Origin: Paraphysomonas bandaiensis
Taxonomy: Eukaryota > Protista > Chrysophyceae
Direction of reading: 5' to 3'
Length of the DNA stretch: 63,904 bases
Assembly: GCA_965644295.1 (NCBI GenBank)
Contig: CBFFRP010000533.1
Location: 1-63,904 of the forward strand
Shown here piece by piece: positions 51,728 through 63,904 of this stretch (its first letter is position 1; each line of letters begins with the position of its first letter). The notes below the pieces were generated by a model, which made no database searches, was not told the origin of the DNA, and saw nothing but the letters and a program-made list of their open reading frames with translations. Made by a program: the position numbers and the translations under genes.

Positions 51728-51957
51728 GGTTTTATTGGATAGAGGGGAGGGGGAATGAATGTGATGTCTTGTGAGATGGATAGATGGATGGATGTGTCTA
51801 TCTCTATATATGTCTGTGTATATATGTATGCACTGCTGTGTCTATGTACAGTGTACGCACAGAGTGTGTATGTATGTAGAGAGGTGTGTGTACATATTTT
51901 CTAACAGTAATATTTTGGTGGGGAATTTTTTTCCACATACATATACAGTATTTGGAG

Positions 51958-54517
51958 GTATACCTACAAACCTGGTAAATCGGGGCCCCCAGAAAAATCG
52001 GGGCCCCCACAAACCAAAAAACAGTCCGATATGACCGTCAATAAACCACCTTAACAAACACTAATTCCTTCAATAACTACACACTCAATCAACTAACACA
52101 TACAACGCCATGTCCCTCGTATGCACGAGTGTTCATATCATTAGGACACCTCTCCGCTCATCCATACTACTGCTGATTTCAACCAGCAATGTGAGGTGAA
52201 CAACTGTGTCTGCAGTGTTCCTGGTGTCCATCCGCTGTGCTCCGTAAACCCTTCACTTACACTTTACACTGGTAAGAATGGAGATAATTAGAGACATTGA
52301 CTCTATGTGATGTGGTGTGTGTTTTCATATGAAGGCTCGGGAATGTTAATGCTCTGTCTATAATGTATATATTATATATATGGCCTCATACTAGCGGACT
52401 GATTCCTTATGCCATAGAGTGACTCTGGATAGAGAATCTACATCGAAGATTATTTACTTTCCTCCAATACAGCTTGAGTAATCTCTCTGGCTTGTTAAAA
52501 GTAACCTATTGGCGTAGGTTTGTTTCGTTACGTGCTCTACGTGGAGTGTAGATATCACTCCACTATCGCCCTATAGGAATTGCCATTTGATCTCCCTGGC
52601 TTTTCCGGAACGCAACACCTCTCACAGAGATCACCACGTTCGCTTGATGACTACGTACCATGTACAGTAGGTTCACGATGCAACTTGTATTTATGTTAGT
52701 CCTGCCTTGTATAATATAGGTCCTTGACTGATTGTGTAACGTTTCCGTGTGCCTTATATGTAATATCTAATTAAGATAGTTCCATCCTGTCTTTGTTTGT
52801 ATTTAGAAATCAGATATCCACGAATTGAAGAAGAAACGCACTATATTCTACCATATTATTGTACCATTATTTGCTTCATACTGCAACACGTGTATTACAT
52901 TACATACCACTGAGAGTATTAATGTACAATATAGTAGAAAAGCAAATGATCATTAAGTTAAAGAATAACTAGTCTATAAAGCAGGAAAGTAATCAACAAA
53001 ACTGTAATGAACGTATAATATAACAAGATATTTCGAATGTTAAATCATAAGCTACCTCGTAATTGTTAGATTTGATAGTACATTAGGCGCATCATTCTCT
53101 TGCTAAATGCGAACTTCTTCCTTTTCTGCTCTCAAAGATGTCTTCAGCTACCTTTTCTGCCGCGGATAATAAGGCCAACTTTATCAATGATATTGACCGC
53201 TTTCTTTCTTCTTGTACTCTTACGGCTTTAGCACAGCGGTCCTCTTCTCTCATAAGCGTGAGCTCTGCTGCAGGCCGTTTTCTTTCTGCAGGATCTCTTG
53301 AAGCCATTTCCTCCCGATATTGGCAACTACACTCTCGTGACTCACTATTTCAGACCAATGACAGATATGGGTCAGTTCATCTATGTTGATGTTCGTATGT
53401 CCCGGTGATATGCCCGAAACAATAATCTCAGGGTAAGTAACAGTTCCACGAAGTTTTACATATTAGGACAACGTCGTAAGAGAACGTTTCCTGCTTTATA
53501 GACTAGTTATTCTTTAACTTAATGATCATTTGCTTTTCTACTATATTGTACATTAATACTCTCAGTGGTATGTAATGTAATACACGTGTTGCAGTATGAA
53601 GCAAATAATGGTACAATAATATGGTAGAATATAGTGCGTTTCTTCTTCAATTCGTGGATATCTGATTTCTAAATACAAACAAAGACAGGATGGAACTATC
53701 TTAATTAGATATTACATATAAGGCACACGGAAACGTTACACAATCAGTCAAGGACCTATATTATACAAGGCAGGACTAACATAAATACAAGTTGCATCGT
53801 GAACCTACTGTACATGGTACGTAGTCATCAAGCAAACGTGGTGATCTCTGTGAGAGGTGTTGCGTTCCGGAAAAGCCAGGGAGATCAAATGGCAATTCCT
53901 ATAGGGCGATAGTGGAGTGATATCTACACTCCACGTAGAGCACGTAACGAAACAAACCTACGCCAATAGGTTACTTTTAACAAGCCAGAGAGATTACTCA
54001 AGCTGTATTGGAGGAAAGTAAATAATCTTCGATGTAGATTCTCTATCCAGAGTCACTCTATGGCATAAGGAATCAGTCCGCTAGTATGAGGCCATATATA
54101 TAATATATACATTATAGACAGAGCATTAAGATTCCCGAGCCTTCATATGAAAACACACACCACATCACATAGAGTCAATGTCTCTAATTATCTCCATTCT
54201 TACCAGTGTAAAGTGTAAGTGAAGGGTTTACGGAGCACAGCGGATGGACACTAGGAACACTGCCGACACAGTTGTTCACCTCACATTGCTGGTTGAAATC
54301 AGCAGTAGTATGGATGAGCGGAGAGGTGTCCTAATGATATGAACACTCGTGCATACGAGGGACATGGCGTTGTATGTGTTAGTTGATTGAGTGTGTAGTT
54401 ATTGAAGGAATTAGTGTTTGTTAAGGTGGTTTATTGACGGTCATATCGGACTGTTTTTTGGTTTGTGGGGGCCCCGATTTTTCTGGGGGCCCCGATTTAC
54501 CAGGTTTGTAGGTATAC
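51958..54517. mobile_element. Foldback/long-TIR DNA element: 1031-bp inverted arms (51958-52988, 53487-54517) around a 498-bp spacer
   Basis: Arms are reverse complements with only ~4 mismatches noticed. Termini tata|CCTACAAACC...GGTTTGTAGG|tata. Doubled subterminal AAATCGGGGCCCCC motif. Confidence 0.9.
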
Positions 54518-54751
54518 AAGTGGGGTGTACGGACATGGGGGTATTTCTTTGTATATATCATATATTTCCTTGATTTATATAAAAATTAAGTTATTTATAT
54601 CAAATATTGGGATATTTTAACTGAATCGATCGTTACTCGTATGTATGTATATCGCCCTATTAATTTAAATCCTCCTACCAATCCACTCATACACACTCCA
54701 TACATCCATTACAAGCCATAAGTACATCCACTAGACTCTGTTTATTATCCC

Positions 54752-55452
54752 ATGAACATGTCTAAATCAAGAAGTGCCCCTCGACCATCACGGGTGATAC
54801 TGATAAGCTCTATCACTGTATATTCCATATGATCACATGTGTTTTCAGGGACCGAAAATTGACCTCTCAGATGATCAAAAATTAGAATTAAGAGAAGCAT
54901 TTGAACTATTTGATGCTGATAAAACAGGATCCATTGACTTACATGAACTCAAAGTATTAATGCGAGCACTTGGGTTTGATGTCAAGAAGCAGGATGTCGT
55001 TCGTATGGTTCATGATGTTGATCCCAATAATTCAGGAGCTGTAGATTATCCACAATTCTTAGAAATAAGTAATTTGTATTTATAACTTGTATATTTATAT
55101 TTATTTTTGTTATGGTAGTGACAGACAGATATGCTGAGAGGAATCCGGAGGAAGAAATTATTAAAGCATTCCAGGTAACTATTTATTTCAGTTCATATTA
55201 AACCTAATCGCGTGTACAGTTGTTTGATGATGATCACAGTGGACGCATCAGTTTACGTAATATGAAGCGTGTAGCTCGTGAGCTGGGGGAAAACCTGAGC
55301 GAAGATGAGCTCCAGGCTATGATCGACGAGTTTGACAGAGATCAGGATGGCGAGATATCTGGAGACGAATTTATGTGGGTATTACGTGTGCCACTTGCTG
55401 TAGTTTTAACCACTCTTGCAGGTATATAATGAAACAGTCAACAATGTACTGA
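54752..55452 (+). CDS. Centrin (CETN3-like), 5 exons
   Basis: [83 protein letters not shown]. Confidence 0.93.
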
Positions 55453-55684
55453 GTGAATATATCTCAAGTCGCATGGCATCATATCGTGATATATCAAAAC
55501 AGTTGTGCAGTTGTAGTGTGCCGTATATGTTGAGTTCGCGCGTTTTATGATTAACTAAATATTGGTGCTACTTGGTTCATGATTTAAGTCAGAAACTTGC
55601 CCAATTAGTCGTATTAATTCGCCGAAACACTCAGGCGTAGATGAAGGCGCTTTAGTAGGAACTGTTTTAGGTTTAACAACCAAG

Positions 55685-55828
55685 TCTTATTTTCCTGCTT
55701 TGTAGATACTTTTATGAGTCTGCCAATATTGCGTAGTGTATATCGGCCATTGAGGGACCTCAAAATGACCGATATATTCTACGCAATGGCCGACTTATAA
55801 AAATATGAGAAAAGCAGGAATATGAGAA
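55685..55828. repeat. ~144-bp imperfect inverted repeat (hairpin)
   Basis: ttcctgcttt/aaagcaggaa, ttttatgagtc/gacttataaaa and attgcgtag..tatatcgg.catt/aatg.ccgatata..ctacgcaat pair symmetrically around ~55757. Confidence 0.75.
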
Positions 55829-56113
55829 GTATATATATGAGATATGAGAACCATGTGTGTATGTATGTATGTATTTCGCTGGCGCCCTTCACTTAAAGCA
55901 TATTATACGTATGAGTCTAATAGTTGACAATATACATATATACTTCATTCCGGTATATAACTCTAAAGCCCAAAAAGCAGGATTTCACATGACTATTGAA
56001 ATGTCAGATTGTGTGATACTACAGTCTAGTAGATTAATAAAATGAAAACTTGACTGTGTGCACATACATCCAAACTTCTGATAATGGGTTTGTAACTATG
56101 TCAGTAGCTATAC

Positions 56114-56181
56114 CAGGGCCTGGTAACTGGTAACCATTAATGGCCATTAATGCCATTACCATTAATGGTTACCAGGCCCTG
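56114..56181. mobile_element. 68-bp hAT-type MITE
   Basis: TIR cagggcctggtaac / gttaccaggccctg; perfect 8-bp TSD agctatac (56106-56113, 56182-56189). Confidence 0.88.
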
Positions 56182-56262
56182 AGCTATACATCTTAAGATG
56201 CTATATATAATTTAGTCAGCCAATTAATTGCAATTAAGTGGCAACAATTACCAATACTAATA

Positions 56263-56770
56263 TTGAAAGTCTTTTATTTAGCAATAGGCGTTAAAAACCT
56301 GCACCGATTTAGTAGCTAGATGAATGCTAGACAAACTAGTTAGACCTCTACCTGTAACTAATCAGTACACACTTTTTTTATCCTACTATTTAACGCTACG
56401 AAAGTTGCTTGTGCGTCGCCGCAAGCACCAAGGTGCAACCACTTCCGCTCTGAGTTCTTAAGGTGAACATCCCGGATGCTTGACTTCAGCAGGCAGCCCA
56501 ATACCCCGGTTACCCTTCAGGTGGGCCCTGTCCCGGATGCCCTTCAGGTGGGCCCATTTCCGGATGCCTGTTTATTCGTCAGGGCCCAAAGACGTCTACA
56601 CAAGTGACACTTATTGGTGTCCATTGTACCACACAAGCATTCGGCTATGAGTGGGAAGAAGAATATCTGCTGACTATGTTTGCGGCTCACGTTAGTTTCC
56701 CAGAGAGAATCTCTCCGGTACTTATCCCCCAGAACACCACGAAAAGGTGCGAGTCCGACTTTGTTGAGGG
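56263..56770 (-). mobile_element. Dispersed retroposon-like family, copy G, with 13-bp TSD
   Basis: Reverse complement of the family core and 3' end. Flanked by accaatactaata at 56250-56262 and, after removing the hAT insertion, at 57584-57596. Confidence 0.75.
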
Positions 56771-56778
56771 ACCAATAC

Positions 56779-57583
56779 CAGGCTTGCGTAACCATTAATG
56801 GCCATTAATGGCGACGCATTGCTTCCCCCATTTTTATGGCCATTAATTTTAAAAATCCCACCATTTTTATGGCCATTAATGGCCATTAATGGACCATTTA
56901 TGGTTTGATTACTATTGCTTTATTGCCTTTTAGAAAGAAGTAAATGGAAAGTGTTAATAATTAGACTAAGTACTAGCTATTTAACAGCAATGATGAGCAG
57001 TTCGTTCCCATGTTACAGTCAGGTCAGATAGTTAATACGAACAATATTCTTAAACATCATCAGCAACTATAATATCATCAATGGTAACTTCGCTCCATAA
57101 GAATTTGTTGCAACGCAAAAAGAGTAGCAGCTCCAAATGTTGGGGTTCCATTAGCTTGCGCTGGTCTCTCATAATAAGTTTTGCTCTGCTAAATAATCGC
57201 TCAACAATATTGGAAGTCGTCACCAAATGATTCATGGAGCGATATTTAGTGGCTCTCCTGCTGTTCTTTGCCTTTTTTGCCACATCAATAGAATTTATAC
57301 GAATTCTTAAAACAGATTGTTTAAATGACTTAAATAGGTATATAATATATTAATAACTAATAATGCACCGGAAGGTCGTGGCTTGTCACGTATTCTCACA
57401 TGATGCTGACAACTGGATACTAACTAATGGATATTGCCATTAATGGCCATTAATGGGCACTACATCTCTCCCCCATTTTTATGGCCATTAATGAATTGCT
57501 TTTTTTCCATTTTATGGGGGAAGGCCATTAATGGCCATTAATGGCCATAAATGGCCATTACCATTAATGGTTACGCAAGCCTG
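56779..57583 (-). mobile_element. 805-bp non-autonomous hAT element carrying a C-terminal transposase fragment (57050-57283)
   Basis: TIR caggcttgcgtaaccattaatgg / ccattaatggttacgcaagcctg; TSD accaatac x2; subterminal GGCCATTAAT repeats; TSNIVERLFSRAKLIM.DQRKLMEPQHLELLLFL is hAT dimerisation-domain-like. Confidence 0.92.
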
Positions 57584-58023
57584 ACCAATACTAATAATTG
57601 AAATTATCACTATTAGAACCAATCCATTTAATTGGCAATCCAATTAATAAGCAAGCCTGCAGTCTACAGTACCACGCATGTTTATTTAGTGCGTGCATGT
57701 TCACAATAATTTCATCTGCTTTGTAATTTTTCATTCCTATTTTATTTTTCGTACTGATGCCGATCCAATACGGTACGAATTACGCTGGTGAACACAATTT
57801 CTCATTGGCGCAAAGTAGCAAATACGATTCACACTCTGAAATCTGCATAACCTTCAAAATAAAATATCATAATATGCAGCTGATTTCAGTCGTTTTAATG
57901 ATTTGAACCCTTCCTGGAGCGCAATTAAGAATGAAGTATACACTTGAATGTTAAAGGTTTCTCAAGTAGTTAATGTTTTATTGACAGAGTGAAAATTTTA
58001 CCACGTATTATTAAGCAATACAT

Positions 58024-60161
58024 CTATTCTATTACACCGTTACTATATAACGGTGTTACTATGTCAATATTCAATGCTTGTGCTAATTGGACTGCGTCCT
58101 CCTTTTGGGAAATCATCACTAAATTGTGCTTATCTTGATACGAAAACACCGACCGCACATACCCCCATATGTGTCTGTATAATAGAAGTGTAGAGCAGTT
58201 AACAGTGCATACAAAATATGATTAGAGTACGTACTTTGCTGACGGACTAAGAGCGAGGGCCTGAACGTATGCTTTAACTGCTTCGTCGTATCTACCGCTA
58301 TTGGCAAAGGCGATTCCACGATTTAACCATGCTCGCGCGTATGACGGCCGCAACTCAAGGGCACGGTCATAGCACTCTATTGCCTCCTCACACCGACTAC
58401 TATTTGCTAGTGTAGCACCGATCTGATACATTAATATTTCAAAACAACTCTACTGTGGCTATGCATAACGTACCTTGTTCCATATGCTGTAATCACTAGG
58501 GTTTCTATCAGCAACTCGACGGAACGCCGCTTCTGCAGCAGCGAAGTCCTGTCTAACATTGTAGAGCACCCCTAATACAACTTGAACCTGCGAGAGCCAA
58601 TGAGTTGAATCATTTACAAATGACAGGTACAACCTCCATGTCCTCTGGGTCAAACTCAGAAACTGCAAGCATCAGCTGGGTGACTTCGTCCATAAGAGTA
58701 CCATCACTATACTCATCGGGAGTCACCTCCAGTCCGTGGAATTTAGGGTTGTGTTTCACCCATTCACGAAGACAAGATAATGCTTCAGATGAGTTGAGTT
58801 CGTTGACGTGACTAGTTCCGAGAGAGAGGAGTGCTGGAAGGTTAAAAGGATCTGCCTCTACTGCACGCCGAAGGCACGCGATACTGTAACAGTAATCGGT
58901 AAGCAATGGACTGTGTACAAAATAAATTCTTACGCTCGCTTGTCCTCGTCATTATCCGCATGACAGGTTCCCAGCATACGCCAGGCCTCAGAGTTCTCAG
59001 AGTCACGAGACACAGACGCTTCGAATGCTAAAACTGCTTCTCCGACCTGCCCTTGTTTGTACAGTTCTAATCCTCGTTCAAATAGATCTTCTGCTGATTG
59101 TGACTCGGATGAGTTAGAGTAAGGGTTCTCCTCAGCTGGAGTGGTAAATATCATATTCTCAGTTCCTTCTGCAATTCCTTCCGTTTCCTGCAGCCAAGTG
59201 TTCGAATAAATCTCTCCTTCCGTATTCCTATCTACCCAAGCATCTGCCATTGCTCGATCATGCGCGGCCCTCCACATGGCATCCCACGCGGTCTTATTTT
59301 CCTAAACCCAACCAATAGTGATGAGACTAAAATTACGACGAGCACAACATAGCACCTCCCCTGCCCAACCACCGCGTTGCCCAACGCCCTGCCAGAAGGC
59401 TTCCACCTCTTCAGTTGAACCCTCCACAGGACTGGCGTTCCAGGCCTCCTCTACCATCCGCTGCATCTCTGCCTCTCTATCAATGGATTCTGCCTCGTAC
59501 TCTACTTCGTTATCTATAATGTAGCTTTCCTCCCCCTTGAAAGCAGTTTCATTCATCTGCTGCTCTTGATGATGTCGATCCAGTTCCCGACGGTGCTGCT
59601 CTGCCATGAACGCATTCTGCATGTGGGCCATATGCATACCGCGTTGCATTTCCATCATCATCATCTGAGGCATGGGCGCTGACATGCCACCGCTCTGCTG
59701 CATCCATATGCTCTGCATGAATGTATACACATCACGTATACATTATACATATATATATACTGAGATACTCACCTCTAAGTCCACTTGAGAGCCGCCCATG
59801 CCAAGCATCGACTGACTGTGAGCATTCCACATACCATGTGAAGCAGATGGAACAGATGCACTGTGATGTTGCTGTATATCGCATATCATATCACAGCATG
59901 AGACTATCAGGGCTCATGGACAATAACGATCACCTACCACCTCACTCTCGAGTACCCCACGTTCCAATGACCCATCCGGACCGTCTATTCCATCGTATGG
60001 AAGCATGGTATCGTATAATCGGTTCGCCATAGACATAACGGGGTTATGAGAGGCTGTTCCATCCACATTACACCCACTGCCTCCTACCTGTATATATACG
60101 CACACTTACATACATTAGCTTTGATAATATGCATACATACCAAGTCATCAAGAAAGTTCAT
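58024..60161 (-). CDS. PEX5: Peroxisomal PTS1 receptor, multi-exon
   Basis: N-terminal LDDLVGGSGC..HNP with conserved Cys; Trp-containing motifs; TPRs SEAWRMLG..ADNDEDK, ALLSLGTSHVNE, LGVLYNV, WNK|IGATLANS.R.EEAI..Y.RALELRP.YARAW.N.GI. Confidence 0.93.
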
Positions 60162-60551
60162 GAAGAGAATTGCAAGGAGTCTCTTGATCAATCACAGACA
60201 AGAATTGATTATATCTGCTCTGTGACTTGTTGAGGTAGTGAAGTTACTTCGACTTCGTTTTCGTTTGTCTATGAATGGTAATCCAGAACACTGTGTCCGT
60301 ATTTCTGTATACATAAGCTTTATAGTATGTAGTATATATACAGCAGTATACAGAGTGTTTTATAGTGTTGTGAACCACCACATGCATGAAGTGAAGTATG
60401 AAGTGGAAGTGTTCTGTAAAGGGACATGAAGACATCCACATGATGCCGATCATCTGAATAAACACGCAGCGCATCGCATCGATCGGAGTCACTTCTGAGT
60501 AAGTGAATTACAGCACAGTGTCAGATATAGAAGCGATCGTCCATCAGAATC

Positions 60552-63500
60552 ATGAATAAGATGGACGGCAGTGAACTCTCTGTATCGATGACGGCACTCC
60601 CTCGTATATCTCCCCATGAGACGGTCTCTGATACGAATAGATTTTATTCAGAGTGCATGAGGCATCTCGCTCACTGCAGCTCATACTTCCCGAGACACAT
60701 GCCGTCAATCCCTCCTGTCGGCTCGTCAGTGTTCCTGAATGGCTGCTGCTTACTGGTTGACATGTGCGGATTCACTGAACTATCAAATAAACACTTCGCA
60801 AAGGGCTTGAAGGGGATCGACAAGTTGCGTGTATTCATGAACAAATCACTGGCTCGTATTGTCGATCTCGTGTATGAGCAGAGAGGGGATGGTATCTGCT
60901 ATCTGTGTATCAATGCTGCGTGTCTAACATGTGCTTTTAGTAATTAAATTTGCTGGAGATTCGCTGCTATGTGTGTTTCCTTCTCGAGATGATGGCGATA
61001 AACACGACTGTATAATGAGAGCAGTGAGATGTGGACTTGATATTGTACACTTTCATATTGATGAAATCAGTATTCGTGCCGGTATGTCGTATGGCAAAAT
61101 GTGTTTTGCGGTTTTGGGAGGACACAATGATCGCTGCAGCACGTTGTTGAACGGATACTGTATTGACGAATGTGGTGAGTGCTTGGCTGTAGCTGGTGCT
61201 CATGGACTGGTTATTACAGACGAAGTTTATAAGCTCATTGAGGGTACCGTTGTTGGGGATCCAGTAGCTGATGTATATGTCCGGATTACTCATACTGATG
61301 GTTGTTCAGGAAAGAGCTCAGGCGTTGATACCGATAGTCTGACGTTTCCCGAGCTGGGGGGAGATGATATCTTGAAGACCGTATTTAGCTGCATTCCATT
61401 TCCTGTTATTAAATCCCTTGCCTCTAACATCGTCTCTGAGTTATCTGAAATTCGGACTGTGACTGCTCTATTCCTGAAGGTGGACAGCTATCGCACACAA
61501 GACTTTGAGAATCTCTCGGACATGCAATCCTTATTCTTGCCCATGCTGAAGTGCTTGAATGAATGTGGAGGGTTTTTGCGGCAATTTATAGTTGACGAAA
61601 AGGGCTGTGTATTAATAGGTCTATGGGGGGTACCTACTGCCTCACATGCAGCAAACTGCTCTAAAGCCCTCCGGTGTGCGGTGATGATGAAGAACGAGGC
61701 CTCCTCCCAGCTCCACTCAGTATCTGTAGGTATAACAACCGGATCTGCGTACTGTGGCACTATAGGCACCGATTACAGGAGAGACTACACGGCTATTGGA
61801 AGCACAATAAATTTGGCTGCCCGTTTAATGAATAACGCCACCGGAAGAGTGGTAATGGATGACGTAACCTACCAGCGGCTTCCATTGAACGTTGCCTGTC
61901 GCTGTGACTTGACAGAAGCTACTCATCGGAGAGATGGGACTGTGGGTGTGTCTTATTACTACTATGCCTCAAGTGCACTTCCGAATGCTTTTGTATGGGA
62001 CCTTCAAGCTGATTTCGTGGTTGTTATTGAGAGTTATATAAAAAGAACAATACAAATGGTTATGGATCAGAGCAGTGCAAATTCATCACAACAAATCCGC
62101 AGTACCACATTGGTCTCTCCATCGGAAGATTCTTTACATTCTCCAGCCATTATTGTACCACGAAATTCACCCTCACCCTCTACAGTTCTATTGATATCTG
62201 GAACGTCAGGAGCTGGTACGATCTGTTTAGTTGTGTTCCGTAAAATCTTGTGTAACTGATGCATCATCTAGGGAAAACGGCCACTATGCACTATTTTATG
62301 CGACGATACCAGCATCAGTTTGTGGACTCCACATCTGCGGGAACAGTGTGCGTTACCCTAACTGCCAACGATCAACCCGCATTTTGCGCTCTTCGTCAAT
62401 TGGCGGATTCTTTGTTTACATTTTTGGGTAGAGACAGTCTACAATCCCAGATGGAACTGCTTAAAGAAAAGATGATAGAAGCCTTTTCCTCGCATTCAGT
62501 TGGGTACATTGCGGGAAGGTTATACCCAGTCGTTAAGGTTGTTCTGGGTCTTTCCGAAGAGTGGAACGTTGATGACACACGAATCCATACTGCTCAACTA
62601 AATCAGAAATCAGAGGAGGAGATTCTGGTTGCTGTGTTCAGTCAGATTATCGGAACGGCTGTTAAATTGTTGTGCATCGATAATATACATTTTATGTGTA
62701 CTACTTCTTGGAAAGTGCTGAGTGGTCTGTGTATCAAAGGGCACCCAGGTTTGGTTGTTCTTAGTCTCCGTGTGAAAAGTTCAGGACATATTGAGAATTT
62801 TGATCCACTCTTATATAATGAGAGCGAAGTTACACGTGAGGCCTTCACCTCCCATAGAACCAGTGCAGGGGGATCCGACACGCAAGACAACGACCTTGTG
62901 CCATCACGGTATGTAGTATTTTTTGTTGCATTCTGTAGATAGTCGGCTTATACATTTGCAGGAGGGTTGCTGAGTTTGTATGGTTTAATCAATCGATCAG
63001 TGAATGTCGGTTGCTCGAACTTCACTTGAAGCCAATGTCACAGACAACTGTGGGTTTAATAATTCAGTCAGAGGTTCCGGGCGCCCTTAGTCAATCATGC
63101 TTATCTACTATTTATAACATCTGTCGTGGAAATCCATCAGTACTGTGGCGCATAATCGAATATTTCAATGAATCGGATTGTCTTAACCTGACTGAATTGA
63201 TTGAGCGAGTAAAGGATAATTCGGTACTAGCATTCAGTTTAGAGAATGCGAACCAGTCCCATGTTTCCATTATCAAACATGCCAGTGTGATTGGTGAGGA
63301 ATTTTCAACCGATCAACTGAAATCTATATTGCCGCCTCAACTGTGTCATGTAGTGGACAATGCGATGCTATCGTTTGTAGACAGGGGTACCATAGTACCA
63401 CTATGTGATGAATACTATAGCTTCATTAGTTATTATATGCGATCGATGTTTTACAAGCTGTTGCCGAAGAGGTATGACACAAGTATAATTATTTATTTTT

Positions 63501-63904
63501 TAATGTTGTTCTCAGTGATGCGGTGGCTATTCATACGCGGATCGCAGGCAGCATTCGTCAAATGTTTTCCGCTTCATGGCCGAGCTTCGATTACAGGTTT
63601 TAACTATATTCATTGAAATTCTCCTCACTTTATTTTAGTTTCTGTTACCACTGTTCCATGAGTATGATGAAAGCTCACCGTAGAGATGGCTTGCAGCATT
63701 GTTGTTTTGTTGTTGGGCGATATTTACAGAAAGAAGAAGTTGAGGCGACCGTTACATTTTTTGAGTTTGCACTTGTGTCGGTGTATACTAGTGGAGATCG
63801 GCGTAGGGTACTCGGGTTGTTGCAACGTGCCATCGGTTGTGGCAAGAAAAAGATGATGAGTTGTGATACAAGTGAATCTGGAAGCATTATACTTGTTCAC
63901 ACGC
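60552..63904 (+). CDS. Soluble adenylyl cyclase-like protein (tandem class III cyclase domains + P-loop/STAND NTPase), 3'-partial
   Basis: LLVDMCGFTEL, IKFAGDSL, LRQFIVDEKG, VGITTGSAYCG.IG...RRDYTAIG.TINLAARLM, spliced Walker A GTSGA|GKT, CIDNIHF, CRGNP. Confidence 0.88.

Overview
Compact eukaryotic (protist-type) nuclear DNA with very short GT-AG introns (about 40-65 nt). The gene set (IC97/DNAI7, centrin, sAC-like cyclase, secreted lysozyme) suggests a flagellated, possibly bacterivorous stramenopile-like protist; this is inference. About 16 host genes are supported: GH130 glycosidase, double-UBA protein, DNAI7/CASC1, a hidden YABBY/HMG-like microprotein, APC7, a hypothetical protein, AMMECR1, NF-YB, a ~35-finger C2H2 array, an intronless bacterial-type Old Yellow Enzyme (on the minus strand, mislabelled + in the ORF track), a lysozyme-like protein, a 4-TM protein, a multi-PH/PDZ/EF-hand protein, centrin, PEX5 and a soluble adenylyl-cyclase-like gene running off the right end. 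Non-genic structure includes a 12.2-kb phase-conserved 44-bp satellite with higher-order repeats, a complete PIF/Harbinger-type transposon (12-bp TIR, CAG TSD), a 2.56-kb foldback element with 1031-bp arms inside a divergent promoter, hAT MITEs with 8-bp TSDs, and a 7-copy tail-less retroposon-like family with a conserved stem-loop that takes part in a three-level nested insertion. No CRISPR, tRNA or rRNA was seen.
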